Shown one piece after another: positions 7,771 through 18,104 of a DNA stretch of 64,000 nt. The stretch lies in IMG/VR virus record IMGVR_UViG_3300048762_000252, positions 102,603 to 166,602 of that record, one strand, 5' to 3'. Under the pieces are notes generated by a model. The model made no database searches, was not told the DNA's origin, and worked only from the letters and a program-made list of their open reading frames with translations. Every line of letters begins with the position of its first letter. Position 1 is the first letter of the stretch. The stretch comes from a virus. Lineage: Duplodnaviria; Caudoviricetes. A program made the position numbers and the translations under genes.

Positions 7771-9402
7771 TTATCCACTAACCTTATGCTTTTTCTTTTC
7801 TCGTTCCAATCGTTCCCTTTCATGAAAAGGACTCTCTGCAATGCGTTTCGGTTGGAACCCCAATGTTTCGCTCTTGATAGATTCCCGGCGTCTTTCAGCT
7901 TCGTCTTCGAGTGAATTAAACGACCGATCCTTTGTAGGTAGGTCGATATCAAACACAGCAGGCATTGATGGTTCTATAGTTTCTGTATCATCTATGGTAT
8001 CTGATTCGTCGCCCATCAATACAGACTTCTCTGCGGCAGGAGAAACATACGGTTCATCTGCTTCCTGACCGTTTTGTGCAGATTCTTCTACATTGAATAA
8101 CTTCTGTTTGCTGCGATCAATGCCCACGGCAAACTTTGACATGATTTTGCCAGTCTCTTTATTCCGCATATGAATGTCGCCGTAACGATTTTTGAGAATC
8201 TTAACAAGCAACTGATTCAAACCAGCTAACTCTTCACTATTGACAAGAACAAATGCAAAATCTGCTGTAGCTGCTAGGCCGAAACTTTCTGATATGTTAG
8301 TCAAATCTGGATCACTGCTTGCAAATCCGGCTCGATTCAATTGGGTAGCGCTCCATATCGGGAGATTTTGTTCAACAGCCAATCCACGAAGTTCTTCCGC
8401 AATACCCTTAACCATTTCATACATTCCGGCGCTGGCCTTCACACGGTTTGAAGCGCAAATGTTCAAATAATCAATGAAAATCACATCTGGTTTGAATTGT
8501 TTTTTGAGGTTCAATTCGCTCAATAAAAACCGAAAATGACCCACATGTGCCGATGCAGTTGGATATTCTTTGATAATGAGTCTTCCACCATTCGCACGCT
8601 GATTGATCTTGACAATTTGCTTCATGAACAATTCTTTCGACATGAATGGCAGATCGTCCACAGGCCGGTTCATCATATTTGCATCAATGCGTTCTGCAAT
8701 ACGCTCTTCCGCCATTTCTAAAGTGATGTACAAGACATTCTTACTTTGACCAAGATAATTCGCAGCCAAATCACACATGAAGAGCGATTTGCCTACATTC
8801 GTTCCGGCCATTACAATGTTCAATGTTTTATTCGGCACGCCATTTTTGGTGATCTTATTAAAATAATGTAGATGAAATGGAATTCGAGCGTCCACTTTAT
8901 GATAAAACTCGTACCGAGTCTCCGCATCATCCAAATAGTCATGACCAATGTGTGGATCAAATGAGACCGCTAGTGCATCTTGTAGCATCTTCGGAATCAT
9001 GCCCCGTGACGTGTTCTTTTCTTTACCATCCAAGATAGCAATGACTTCAATGACAGCGATATGAATAGCCTGTTCCTGACACCATTCTTCGGTACGTGCA
9101 GTCAGCCAATCTGAATTGGGTACATCATCCTTTTCTTCTTCTAATGCGTTCAGGTAAGTAACATACGCATCCAAATCATCCTGGTCGATTCCTTGTGTGT
9201 TACTTAAGTCGATAATGATGGATTCTTTTGTAGGTAGTGTGTTGTACTTGTCGATGAATTCCTTCATCTTTCGGAAGAGGATTTTTTCCACCTTATCCGG
9301 TGTGATAAAGTATTCTTCCTTGATGAATGGCAACACCCGACGCATATAATTCTCGTCGTACATGATGCCTTTAAGTATAACCATTTCTATTCTGTCGCTC
9401 AT
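7771..9402 (-). CDS. gp41: replicative DnaB-like helicase
   Basis: AGTNVGKS, ITLEMAEERIAERID, IDYLNI, SATQLNR, SESFGL. Confidence 0.97.
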   Translation of the reverse strand: MSDRIEMVILKGIMYDENYMRRVLPFIKEEYFITPDKVEKILFRKMKEFIDKYNTLPTKESIIIDLSNTQGIDQDDLDAYVTYLNALEEEKDDVPNSDWLTARTEEWCQEQAIHIAVIEVIAILDGKEKNTSRGMIPKMLQDALAVSFDPHIGHDYLDDAETRYEFYHKVDARIPFHLHYFNKITKNGVPNKTLNIVMAGTNVGKSLFMCDLAANYLGQSKNVLYITLEMAEERIAERIDANMMNRPVDDLPFMSKELFMKQIVKINQRANGGRLIIKEYPTASAHVGHFRFLLSELNLKKQFKPDVIFIDYLNICASNRVKASAGMYEMVKGIAEELRGLAVEQNLPIWSATQLNRAGFASSDPDLTNISESFGLAATADFAFVLVNSEELAGLNQLLVKILKNRYGDIHMRNKETGKIMSKFAVGIDRSKQKLFNVEESAQNGQEADEPYVSPAAEKSVLMGDESDTIDDTETIEPSMPAVFDIDLPTKDRSFNSLEDEAERRRESIKSETLGFQPKRIAESPFHERERLEREKKKHKVSG

Positions 9403-10052
9403 TAATAACCTCCTTGTTTATTAATAATTCTATAAATAGTTCCTCTGGATATTTTGTATTCATTCGCAAGTAAAGTTTGCTTTTCTCCATTTAAAATTCT
9501 TTTTCTAATGTTATTTGCCTCTTCCGACGTGAATCGTCTTTTTAATTCACTTAATCTTTGCTTAGTTTCTAATGTGTGGTGCTTTCCCTTTCTAAAAGTA
9601 TTACCTTTGACATATTGTTTGCCTTTACTTACTGCACCAATTCGTAATTTAGTTTCTGAAGTATGTTTATAACCTAAAGCACATTGATTTCCTTTATGTG
9701 CATTACTCATTTTATTTTTTGTTTCAAAAGAATGCTTCATTCCAAGAGAATTCCCTGCGGTAGTACATAAATTATATTGTTTTCCACTAGAAAAAGCCGC
9801 ATCAAGATACGATTGTTCCACAACAATTAATTTATTTTTTGCAACATATTCGACCACAACAAATACAAATGCATCGTATCCGTCTTTATCCCAAGCCCGT
9901 TGAAGGTACTTATTGTGATGAACCCCTTTTGACAATTGGGATCGATGCTCATTCCATCTTTGTCGCAAATCGATTGTAGAACCAACATAATATTTTGTTG
10001 ATTTTGTATTGACGATATTGTAAATTCCAGATTTCATCAAACACATTGCCAT
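9402..10052 (-). CDS. GIY-YIG homing endonuclease with NUMOD3 repeats and HTH
   Basis: SGIYNI..YYVGS..RW..H; KHSFETKNKMS-type repeats. Confidence 0.9.
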   Translation of the reverse strand: MAMCLMKSGIYNIVNTKSTKYYVGSTIDLRQRWNEHRSQLSKGVHHNKYLQRAWDKDGYDAFVFVVVEYVAKNKLIVVEQSYLDAAFSSGKQYNLCTTAGNSLGMKHSFETKNKMSNAHKGNQCALGYKHTSETKLRIGAVSKGKQYVKGNTFRKGKHHTLETKQRLSELKRRFTSEEANNIRKRILNGEKQTLLANEYKISRGTIYRIINKQGGY

Positions 10053-10549
10053 ATGCCGTTTTGTGAGATATAGAATTTAAACAAAGTTTTCTCTACTTTG
10101 AAAAATGGCTCATTTCTTGTGCCAATTCGAGTGTCTTTGTTTCTCTGATTTGCTTCAAGAACATTTTTCATCTCTGTCATGCAGAGAGCATCATATGTGC
10201 GGTTGCACATGATAAAAATATCTGCTTTGCTCTTCTTCTTTCGTTCTGAAACATCTACAGTTGAATAGATTCGGCCTTCTGGATATTTTTCTGAAGTAAC
10301 TAGAAATGTGCCATCAGTGGAAATCCATCCAAGTTTATGTTCCGTTTCCACGTGATTGGGTTTACCGGTATATAGAATTTCAAAATCCCAATCTCCATAG
10401 CAATTTGGTTGATTTTCGATTGGTACAGCAAGGAAATACTTGCTGCTTCTCTGCATCAAAAACTCTGCGGAAATTTTCTTGCACATCGGATCGCTATAAT
10501 CGCTATCTTTCTGTGAATATATTTTGTGTTGTCCGTCTGTGTAACTCAC
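10037..10549 (-). CDS. hypothetical protein, possible PD-(D/E)xK nuclease fold
   Basis: WDFEI...VETEHKLGW resembles D...ExK. Confidence 0.45.
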   Translation of the reverse strand: MSYTDGQHKIYSQKDSDYSDPMCKKISAEFLMQRSSKYFLAVPIENQPNCYGDWDFEILYTGKPNHVETEHKLGWISTDGTFLVTSEKYPEGRIYSTVDVSERKKKSKADIFIMCNRTYDALCMTEMKNVLEANQRNKDTRIGTRNEPFFKVEKTLFKFYISQNGIWQCV

Positions 10550-10568
10550 TTAGCACGCTCCATATTTC

Positions 10569-10682
10569 TCTTATTAAACCACGGAATTTAAATCTGTCAA
10601 TCGAAGAACTCAGACAAAGAAGCCCGTGGCTGTGTGCCCCATCCAATAGCCGATAAAATTAACTGAAGAGGGTCTAGGAAGC
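10569..10682 (-). repeat. diverged duplicate of the DNA polymerase 3' end (second copy 11318-11431)
   Basis: Encodes FLDPLQLILSAIGWGTQPRASLSEFFD* versus gp43 FLEPLQLILSAIGWDTQPRASLSEFFD*; 749-bp offset. Confidence 0.95.
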
Positions 10683-10997
10683 ACGTCCAGGACATTTGTC
10701 AATTGCACTCAGTGTCGTCTTAGCATTTTTGAATAGGAACAATTCTATTCCAATATCGGGATAACCACGCTCTCTAGATTTGGATTGGTGCTCGTCTCCA
10801 TCAATAAGACCGTCCGTACCACCGAAATCATCTTGGTCTAGAACATGTTCTAACGACGATCCGTTGCGTTTTGCAAGAACCTCTAACACCCTCCATTCGA
10901 TACTTTTGCCTATGCGAACACGATCTGGTTTTGGGAGTTTTGCGAATGATGCACCGTATTCTGGTGGTATCGGCATTCCGGGCATTGGACTACTCAT
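10674..10997 (-). CDS. probably truncated PD-(D/E)xK-like protein
   Basis: DDFGGTDGLIDG..HQSKSR; ORF ends where the duplicated pol fragment begins. Confidence 0.45.
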   Translation of the reverse strand: MSSPMPGMPIPPEYGASFAKLPKPDRVRIGKSIEWRVLEVLAKRNGSSLEHVLDQDDFGGTDGLIDGDEHQSKSRERGYPDIGIELFLFKNAKTTLSAIDKCPGRAS

Positions 10998-11314
10998 TTG
11001 GTCCTCTCAATATAGCCCAATGCTATATTCGCATCCAGCATCAAAGCGCAACCACCGGTTTCCTGGTCATCCCAGTCCGCATGAATTTTATTTCCCACAA
11101 AGACGCCATTCCTGCGAAGGTTCTTCATGAATTTGCGGCGGCGGGTCTCAGGAATTTGTACCGTCTTGTTTGCTCGATTTGGGCCATCTACAAGCGCCCC
11201 TAACAGAAGAAGAACGGCATCACGAGAGTCTTCATTTTCCTTCTCTTTCAGTGTCGGGTCCATCCGGTACACTTCTTTCAAGATTTGGGTTTTAGTCATT
11301 TGTTTTTGATTCAT
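10994..11314 (-). CDS. hypothetical protein
   Basis: ORF track 10994..11395; ATG at 11314 downstream of the pol stop is the plausible start. Confidence 0.65.
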   Translation of the reverse strand: MNQKQMTKTQILKEVYRMDPTLKEKENEDSRDAVLLLLGALVDGPNRANKTVQIPETRRRKFMKNLRRNGVFVGNKIHADWDDQETGGCALMLDANIALGYIERTK

Positions 11315-11345
11315 AGTTCTTATTAAACCACGGAATCCGAATTTG

Positions 11346-14300
11346 TCAATCAAAGAACTCAGACAAAGAAGCTCGTGGTTGTGTGTCCCATCCAATAGCC
11401 GATAAAATCAATTGGAGTGGTTCTAAAAAACTTTTAGAAAATTGTGTTTCCCAATCAATATACTGATGCATTCCAAACTCAGTAGGAACAGAAGTAGAAA
11501 ACGCCATTGCATTAACATTCACCGAATTAGGTTCCAAAAGATAGAAGAACTTTATCTTCTCACCATCTTTGATTTTTGAATACTTGCCGTCCAGATTGTA
11601 TTTGTCGATAAGACTGTTATAGACCAGCACACCTTTAGTATGGAATGGAGTGCCTTTGGTGTAGATAGTTTTTGGATCGCCATACTTTTCCAAACCATTA
11701 ACACTACGTGGAAAACTTACATCTTCAATGCGCTGCTGTTTGAACTTTTTCTTTGTGTCTTTTACAAACTTAAAGATAGCCTGTTGATCTTTCTCCATGA
11801 TGATAGTCACAGCTTCTTTCATAGCGTCTCGACAAAATTTTGGCACGCTAGACTTAGCAATTTCTACACCCATTATTTTTAATTCTGCCGGGTCTTTACG
11901 GATGCCTTCCTTGTCACGAACATTCACAAGGTAACGCTTTTTTGCAGTCCAGATGCCCTTGTCGCCAATGACTTCACGGTTCATGAGCAAATACTCACCC
12001 ACGCCATTTAAATAGCGTTCGGTAAGCAGCCGGAATAAACGGTTGATCTCTTTCTGAATGGCTTCTTTGCAAAGATTATCCACAAAGTCAACTTTCTCCA
12101 TTGTGGTTCCATTTGGACAGAATTTGTCCACCGCAGTTTTAAGTGCAAGGTACACTGAATCTGTATCACTATAGATAACGAATTTTTGTGGCGGGTCACA
12201 TTTTAATTTTTTGTTCAAATACGCATCTAAACCACGCCCGATGTATTGAATAATGAACTGACCGGTAGTGGTAACTGCTTCAGCATTTTTTACATCAAAC
12301 CAGCGTGCATACTCGTTTCCTAGACTGCCATAAAGCGCATTCAACATAATTTTCATGGCGTGCTGTTTCAGATCATAGATAGAAATTTCCGTCTCTAATT
12401 CTGATTTGCGGGTTTGATACACCATTTGCACATCGCCATCTACTTCGGAGTCTGATGGTGCTACCAATTGTGCCAGTGTTTTTTTGGCTTCCTTCAATTT
12501 CTTCCTATACTCCAACCGATTCTGAAACAATTCTTCTATCATGACGCTGTAAAATGATTTTGGATCACGCCGATAGAATACACCATTAGCACCTACAGCA
12601 ACATCTTTTATCTTCAATTCTTCCCATAATTCTTCTGTCATGCCTGCTACAATGGCATCTGGGTTAACATTCATCTTGCCTTCATCGTCAGCAATCATAA
12701 GATGAGAATCCAAGTATGTCTGATACTTTCGCATAAGCGGCGTCAGTTCTTTATATGTTAACTTGGTTTCCATACCAATATTAAGTGTCTGCATAAGCCG
12801 TGGATAAAGCGATTGTACATCTTCGGCTACAATCCACTCATACATACCCGGTACTGGCTGCATTACAAACGCACCTGTAAATTGTGCAGTTTTGCTAACT
12901 TCGCTTTTCTGTGGAATGACCACACCTTGTGCCAATAAGTGATTACAAATTAGCGTATCCCATGTTCGTACCTGTGAAAGTACATCCACAACATTGACAT
13001 GAGCGTGATAGGCAACAATCAATTGAAGCTCAATTAGTTTGCGCTTGGCATCAATACGATCTACCAACCGGACATCATGAATGTTGTACTCAATAAATTT
13101 CTTGAAATCGTTCTCGTAGAGCGCACTCAAGCTGCCGTATTCGCTGTAGTCTAACTTACGTTCCTTTAATTCGACTTCAGCAATGTAATCGAGACGATAG
13201 CTTTCCCGTGGTTCCAAGACATTCTTGCGATAGATTAACAGGTAGTCGAGTACAGACAGACCAACCACATCATAAACTACTTCGACTTTGTTGTAGACAT
13301 TAATAGTAGATTCCCTAATTTGATTCCACGGAGACAGGCGCTTGGCATCGTCTGAAGACATGATGCGAGAGATACGATTGATAAGATACGGAATATCATA
13401 AAGACGACAATTATGAACATGAACCCCTTGTGTGACAAAATAGTGTGTTGAAGTTTCAATATCTTGCATTTCAACATACTTTGTGGTCGGAGTAACACTG
13501 TCGATTTTCACCCAGTACGATTTCAAATCTTCTGCAAAAGCAAGTTTAAGTTTTTTGCTGCTGCTTCTCTGTCTTGAAAAAGGAATAATAGATGTTAAAC
13601 GATCCGCCTTAATGGGATGATGTAAACACAGTCCGTCTAAAAATACTGAATTTATTGTGTCGTGCGGAATACTAACTCTATTGTTATACACATAAGCAAC
13701 GACACCATTCCAATTTAGTAATTCTTGAATTGCTTCACGGTTATGCCGATGAACATTAGCAATACTTACTTCGCCATCAATAGTAATATGACCATCCCCA
13801 TCAATCAATCCAGAAACGAACGCTTGAAATTGTTCATTTGATAAAATTGACAATGCAGAGACATTTAATCGTTTGCAGCCTGTCACTGTATCAAAGATTA
13901 AAGGCAGCAATGGTTTGAGTGGACACCGATCATGTATGTTGATCCTTGTGCGTTTCACATTATCTTTATCTTCTGTTATGCCGTCGCCGGATCTACATGT
14001 CATTCGAGCGGGATTTTTCCATGATTGAAATATGCTGTGTATTTGCTCAAATAATTTTGGCTGTTTGTTGTAAAAAGACACAATTTTGTTTGTTAGGTCA
14101 TACGAACCGTCAGTAAACAAGCATCCAATTAAATGACAGATTTCATTTGATACTGGCTCTTTCGTAACAGGATGACAGAAGGCTTTGTTGTCATTCGTAC
14201 CAAGAAAAACTTGGCAATATACATCCTCGTTTTTTAATAGCTGGCAAATGTCTCGTACAGTCAGATCACCCCCAATTGACTTGTCTTTCAAAGTTCCAGT

Positions 14301-15113
14301 AAGTTTTGAATAATTTTGCGGATGCTTCCACCTTATAGGGAAGATGTGATCTTTAGAAGATTCAATTGTACGGCCATCTGATAACTTAATTTTCCAGATT
14401 GCCTTTTTTGATCTTGGAAACACCTGTCGCACTTCACCATTGAATAACTGGGCATTAGATTCAATTTCAGAAAGTTGTTTTATTTCATTCTTCGCCCAGA
14501 CATGAGATGTGAGTGGCAAACAATTCCACCCGGTTACGATATCCGGCTCTACTGTCTCCCACAAATCCAAAAATTTGTCGAACAGGTCAAGCTCGTCTTC
14601 ACATTGGTGATACTTGATTACAGTATCTTTATGCTCTTCGTTGTAAACAGATTCGTTGAATGGCTGGCAAGCAAATACATGAAAAACACCATCGGTACTA
14701 CATTTCATAGTGATGGCTTGGACTTCATTCAACGCATCTTTTGCTTCAGAGAACCCATGCTTGGATTCAACTTCAATATCCAGATTGCAAACGACTAACT
14801 CACTCAATTTGTAGTCGATGTGAATTGGGTAAGTTTCGTTGATGTAGGCATATTCATAGCCGGTGTTGCCGTACACTCGGAAGTTATCTACACCTTTGTA
14901 CTTCTGGAGAAATTGATAACATTCCTGCATTGTTCCCGGTTGGATTGGTTCTACAGGCGTGCCATCTGGTGCGTGAAGAGTGGATTTCTTGGTTGTGGTA
15001 ATATAGAGTGTGGGTTTGTATTCGGTTTTGAACTTTCGACGTTTGCCGTCTTTGATCTCACGAACTAAAATGTGATTGCCTTGTCTTGCAACATGACTAT
15101 AGTACGAACTCAT
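11346..15113 (-). CDS. gp43: family B DNA polymerase with intein
   Basis: DIEV (ExoI), GWN...YD (ExoII), DVQSLYP, KIMLNALYG, YSDTDS, KKRY. Confidence 0.98.
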   Translation of the reverse strand: MSSYYSHVARQGNHILVREIKDGKRRKFKTEYKPTLYITTTKKSTLHAPDGTPVEPIQPGTMQECYQFLQKYKGVDNFRVYGNTGYEYAYINETYPIHIDYKLSELVVCNLDIEVESKHGFSEAKDALNEVQAITMKCSTDGVFHVFACQPFNESVYNEEHKDTVIKYHQCEDELDLFDKFLDLWETVEPDIVTGWNCLPLTSHVWAKNEIKQLSEIESNAQLFNGEVRQVFPRSKKAIWKIKLSDGRTIESSKDHIFPIRWKHPQNYSKLTGTLKDKSIGGDLTVRDICQLLKNEDVYCQVFLGTNDNKAFCHPVTKEPVSNEICHLIGCLFTDGSYDLTNKIVSFYNKQPKLFEQIHSIFQSWKNPARMTCRSGDGITEDKDNVKRTRINIHDRCPLKPLLPLIFDTVTGCKRLNVSALSILSNEQFQAFVSGLIDGDGHITIDGEVSIANVHRHNREAIQELLNWNGVVAYVYNNRVSIPHDTINSVFLDGLCLHHPIKADRLTSIIPFSRQRSSSKKLKLAFAEDLKSYWVKIDSVTPTTKYVEMQDIETSTHYFVTQGVHVHNCRLYDIPYLINRISRIMSSDDAKRLSPWNQIRESTINVYNKVEVVYDVVGLSVLDYLLIYRKNVLEPRESYRLDYIAEVELKERKLDYSEYGSLSALYENDFKKFIEYNIHDVRLVDRIDAKRKLIELQLIVAYHAHVNVVDVLSQVRTWDTLICNHLLAQGVVIPQKSEVSKTAQFTGAFVMQPVPGMYEWIVAEDVQSLYPRLMQTLNIGMETKLTYKELTPLMRKYQTYLDSHLMIADDEGKMNVNPDAIVAGMTEELWEELKIKDVAVGANGVFYRRDPKSFYSVMIEELFQNRLEYRKKLKEAKKTLAQLVAPSDSEVDGDVQMVYQTRKSELETEISIYDLKQHAMKIMLNALYGSLGNEYARWFDVKNAEAVTTTGQFIIQYIGRGLDAYLNKKLKCDPPQKFVIYSDTDSVYLALKTAVDKFCPNGTTMEKVDFVDNLCKEAIQKEINRLFRLLTERYLNGVGEYLLMNREVIGDKGIWTAKKRYLVNVRDKEGIRKDPAELKIMGVEIAKSSVPKFCRDAMKEAVTIIMEKDQQAIFKFVKDTKKKFKQQRIEDVSFPRSVNGLEKYGDPKTIYTKGTPFHTKGVLVYNSLIDKYNLDGKYSKIKDGEKIKFFYLLEPNSVNVNAMAFSTSVPTEFGMHQYIDWETQFSKSFLEPLQLILSAIGWDTQPRASLSEFFD
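13410..14522 (-). mobile_element. 371-aa intein with LAGLIDADG endonuclease in the ExoII motif of gp43
   Basis: GWN|CLPLTS...SKDH...GCLFTDG...SGLIDGDG...HVHN|CRLYD. Confidence 0.95.
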
Positions 15114-15186
15114 GATTTAGTCTACCATCGAACAAAAATTCGTCAAGTGCTGGACAAAATCAAAATCTATGGTAGGCTAAAGAACG

Positions 15187-15677
15187 TGATTGAAATTGGC
15201 AAAGTATATTGTGATATGGATCAGGTACTTACCAACTTTTTGGGCGGCTCCCGCAAAGCACTTGGCCAAGAGTTTAACGATCCGTGTCTCGGTACTGACC
15301 ATGAAAAGTGGCTCATCCTCGCCAAAAATCCAACATTCTGGTTAGACTTGAAATGGATGCCCGGTGCCCATCAAATATGGGACCGAATTAAAAACAAAAA
15401 TACATACATCTTGTCTGCGTGCCCACCCAAAGATGAAAATCCGCTTTGTCCTTCACAGAAAAAAGAATGGTGTCAACGTGAACTTGGCATTAGTTCAGAT
15501 CGGGTATTCACCGTTCAACGCAACGATAAGAAAAAATTTGCAATGAATGGACTGCCAAATCTTTTGATTGATGACCATTATGAAACCGTTGATGTGTGGC
15601 ACCGAGCGGGAGGTTACGGCATCTGGCATCAAACTGTACCGGAAACTCTTATTGAACTTCAGCAATTTGGTTTATGA
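15187..15677 (+). CDS. HAD-family 5'(3')-deoxyribonucleotidase-like protein
   Basis: YCDMDQVL, ILS, K..W, LLIDD; GTG start inferred within ORF 15072..15677. Confidence 0.8.
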
Positions 15678-16086
15678 GAGAATTCGATTCCTTCCAAAGC
15701 TGTATCAAACCTTTGTGAAAATTTGATGGCTTCTCTGCGATCATCATCTGAATTTGGTGAAAAGTGAACCATTCAATGAAGCTAGTTTCCCATTTGAACA
15801 TTTCATCAGGATTGAAATAAAACATTTCTGGAACCACGCCAATGAAATTATGGTACTCGAACCCATGCAATCGACAAACGAACGCCTTGTAGAGCTTTAT
15901 AGCGCCAATGTAGCCAGTTTCTTCGATAACCTCGATCACAGCGCTGTCTTCCGGCGACGATCCAGCTTTACACATGCCACCAATGACACACCAGCAATTT
16001 CCTTTGTTGACTCTAGAAGAACGCCACGCTAGACAGATTTTTCCAGTGTCTTTTGCGATAGGTAAAATTCCACTAGCTGTGTTCAT
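15649..16086 (-). CDS. Nudix hydrolase (degenerate box)
   Basis: GGMCKAGSSPEDSAVIEVIEETG. Confidence 0.75.
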   Translation of the reverse strand: MNTASGILPIAKDTGKICLAWRSSRVNKGNCWCVIGGMCKAGSSPEDSAVIEVIEETGYIGAIKLYKAFVCRLHGFEYHNFIGVVPEMFYFNPDEMFKWETSFIEWFTFHQIQMMIAEKPSNFHKGLIQLWKESNSLINQIAEVQ

Positions 16087-16610
16087 CGTCTAAACCTTTT
16101 TTGCATTTCGGAATCAATCTCTGAAACTTTGTAACTTTCACCAGCATTTGGGCTTGCTCTAAATGTCGCAGTTCTCCAGGCTAGTGGCGAATCATCATTT
16201 TCAGATGCACAATGAAGAGAAAACTCTTTGAGAATTTCGGCAAATTTTCGATAACCAGCGCCTCTTGTATCAAAAACAATTTTCTGTTTGTCCACCCAAA
16301 TTAATAATGCAGCTTCGCCCCACTGATGCCAAGAATAACCGGGCAAAAGATTGGTTACGATATTGGTTTCTTGAGCAACAGCTTTCTGAAGACATTCGGC
16401 TAAGTACGGAGCTTTGGCGTCTTTGAGTGCCATCACTTTCAATTCTGCATCAATGCGGCTCCTACCTTGTTTCCACAAAGCAGCTTGTTCTAATGGAGTA
16501 ATAATTGTGGTGAGAACTTCGATCTGAAGACCTTGACTTTTGGCCGCATCAAGGGCACAAATTAGTTGCTTACGAAATTGTGGGATGAGCAATGAGATTT
16601 CTGAAGCCAT
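16083..16610 (-). CDS. M15 peptidase-like protein, probably inactive
   Basis: TPLEQAALWKQGR, TNLLPGYSWHQWGEA; CTAAATA late promoter upstream. Confidence 0.6.
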   Translation of the reverse strand: MASEISLLIPQFRKQLICALDAAKSQGLQIEVLTTIITPLEQAALWKQGRSRIDAELKVMALKDAKAPYLAECLQKAVAQETNIVTNLLPGYSWHQWGEAALLIWVDKQKIVFDTRGAGYRKFAEILKEFSLHCASENDDSPLAWRTATFRASPNAGESYKVSEIDSEMQKRFRR

Positions 16611-16628
16611 ACACCTATTTAGGTGAAA

Positions 16629-17555
16629 TCAAACTAGTTTTACACCCCAACCAAGTTTCTGCCGCAAAATTTGGTAGTATGTGAAAGACGGATTTACAAT
16701 TTCCATGCGATGAGAATTGCAGAAAACATCAACATTGCCATGCATCGGGCAAATTTCTTGGCCGTCTACCGAGACATAAAGATCATCACTTAATGGCTTG
16801 ATGCGAATACGCACATCATTAGAAAGAACGAGAGGTCGTTGGGATAGACCTTGTGGACAGATCGGCGTGATTACGATGTTCTCGCAACTTGGGTGAATAA
16901 TTGGCCCGCCAGCGGACAAGTTGTATGCCGTGCTGCCGGTAGGAGTCGAAACAATCAAACCGTCTGCTCGATATTCACAAACAAGCTCCAGTTTGGCCTG
17001 CTGCACGCTTGCAATAGTTCGATCAGCAGCGTCACGAGCCTTGTCTTCGGCAACGCCCAGTTTAGTCCTGTTGAAATCGTACTTCGCTCGCCATAGCTCA
17101 TCGAGTGCGCCGGGTTCCTGGTAATCTGGACCATCTCGATCCATGACATAAACGCCCACCTTTACCAATTTGGCAAGCTGATTTTTCGAAATGACAACTT
17201 CGTTTACGGCGTTGTATTCTCTGAACTTGTCCAGCGGTCTGAATGGCACGACCCGGACTCGCAATGTACGTCGCTTTGTGAGCGTATAGGAGCCTTGTAG
17301 GAAACTTTTGATAGCTTCCTGGTAGTTTTCCTTGTCCGTGCTTGTCAGGAAGCCTAGATGCCCTGTATTGATCACCAAAATGGGATTGGGAACACCTTTC
17401 CGGCCAGCCGCCAACACGGAGCCATCGCCACCAAGCACTATGGTAAAATCGGCAGCGTCCATATCATAGGAACAGGCCACACCCATTGTTGAAAGAAACG
17501 ACACGACATCCGCTTCAATAGTGGAGTTCTTTAATGCAAAAATGTACGCTTTCAT
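16629..17555 (-). CDS. nadK: NAD kinase
   Basis: LGGDGS, NTGHLGFL, NE, DGLIVSTPTGSTAYNLSAGGPI; start at the ATGA overlap 17555. Confidence 0.95.
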   Translation of the reverse strand: MKAYIFALKNSTIEADVVSFLSTMGVACSYDMDAADFTIVLGGDGSVLAAGRKGVPNPILVINTGHLGFLTSTDKENYQEAIKSFLQGSYTLTKRRTLRVRVVPFRPLDKFREYNAVNEVVISKNQLAKLVKVGVYVMDRDGPDYQEPGALDELWRAKYDFNRTKLGVAEDKARDAADRTIASVQQAKLELVCEYRADGLIVSTPTGSTAYNLSAGGPIIHPSCENIVITPICPQGLSQRPLVLSNDVRIRIKPLSDDLYVSVDGQEICPMHGNVDVFCNSHRMEIVNPSFTYYQILRQKLGWGVKLV

Positions 17556-17866
17556 TTTCCAGCCGTCATCACCATCGTCACGGCGGCATTCACGGGTACG
17601 CCGTTGCCTTCCTTCAGCCATTCCACCACGGAATTCTGAATGATGGTGAATGTGATAAACTCCAGACTTTTGGAATGCTGTTCTTTGAGACATGCCAGCA
17701 ATTCGGACGGCCATTCCCGGTAATCCGACTGCAAAATGCGAATGCGCTGGCGCTCTTGTTGGACCGTAAGGCCCCATCTCTCCGCACCGGCTTCAAGCTC
17801 TTCGTCGGTGTAGAGTTCCCATTGCGGTTTTGCTTTCTGAATCACAACGCTCCTTTGTAGAAACAC
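17552..17866 (-). CDS. hypothetical protein
   Basis: ORF coupled to nadK, promoter upstream. Confidence 0.6.
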   Translation of the reverse strand: MFLQRSVVIQKAKPQWELYTDEELEAGAERWGLTVQQERQRIRILQSDYREWPSELLACLKEQHSKSLEFITFTIIQNSVVEWLKEGNGVPVNAAVTMVMTAGK

Positions 17867-17918
17867 GAATCTACAATCCTATCACAATGCCGCAAGTTCT
17901 GTCAAGCGGCTTTCCACT

Positions 17919-18104
17919 TCAAATCGTCACCACTTCCAAAGCCTTAACGTAGTCTGCGGATTCCTGGACCGAAAAACCATTTTCGCCGAGATATTCCAAG
18001 GCATCGTCAGGAGTGAAGAGGACATCGCTCAACCGGATATGGCCGAAAGAGTACTCACCCGAAAAGCGGATTTTGGCGTCTGGAAGGACTGCTGTAGTAG
18101 TCAT
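17919..18104 (-). CDS. small hypothetical protein
   Basis: Leaderless promoter TTGACT..TGCTATTCT directly upstream. Confidence 0.65.
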   Translation of the reverse strand: MTTTAVLPDAKIRFSGEYSFGHIRLSDVLFTPDDALEYLGENGFSVQESADYVKALEVVTI

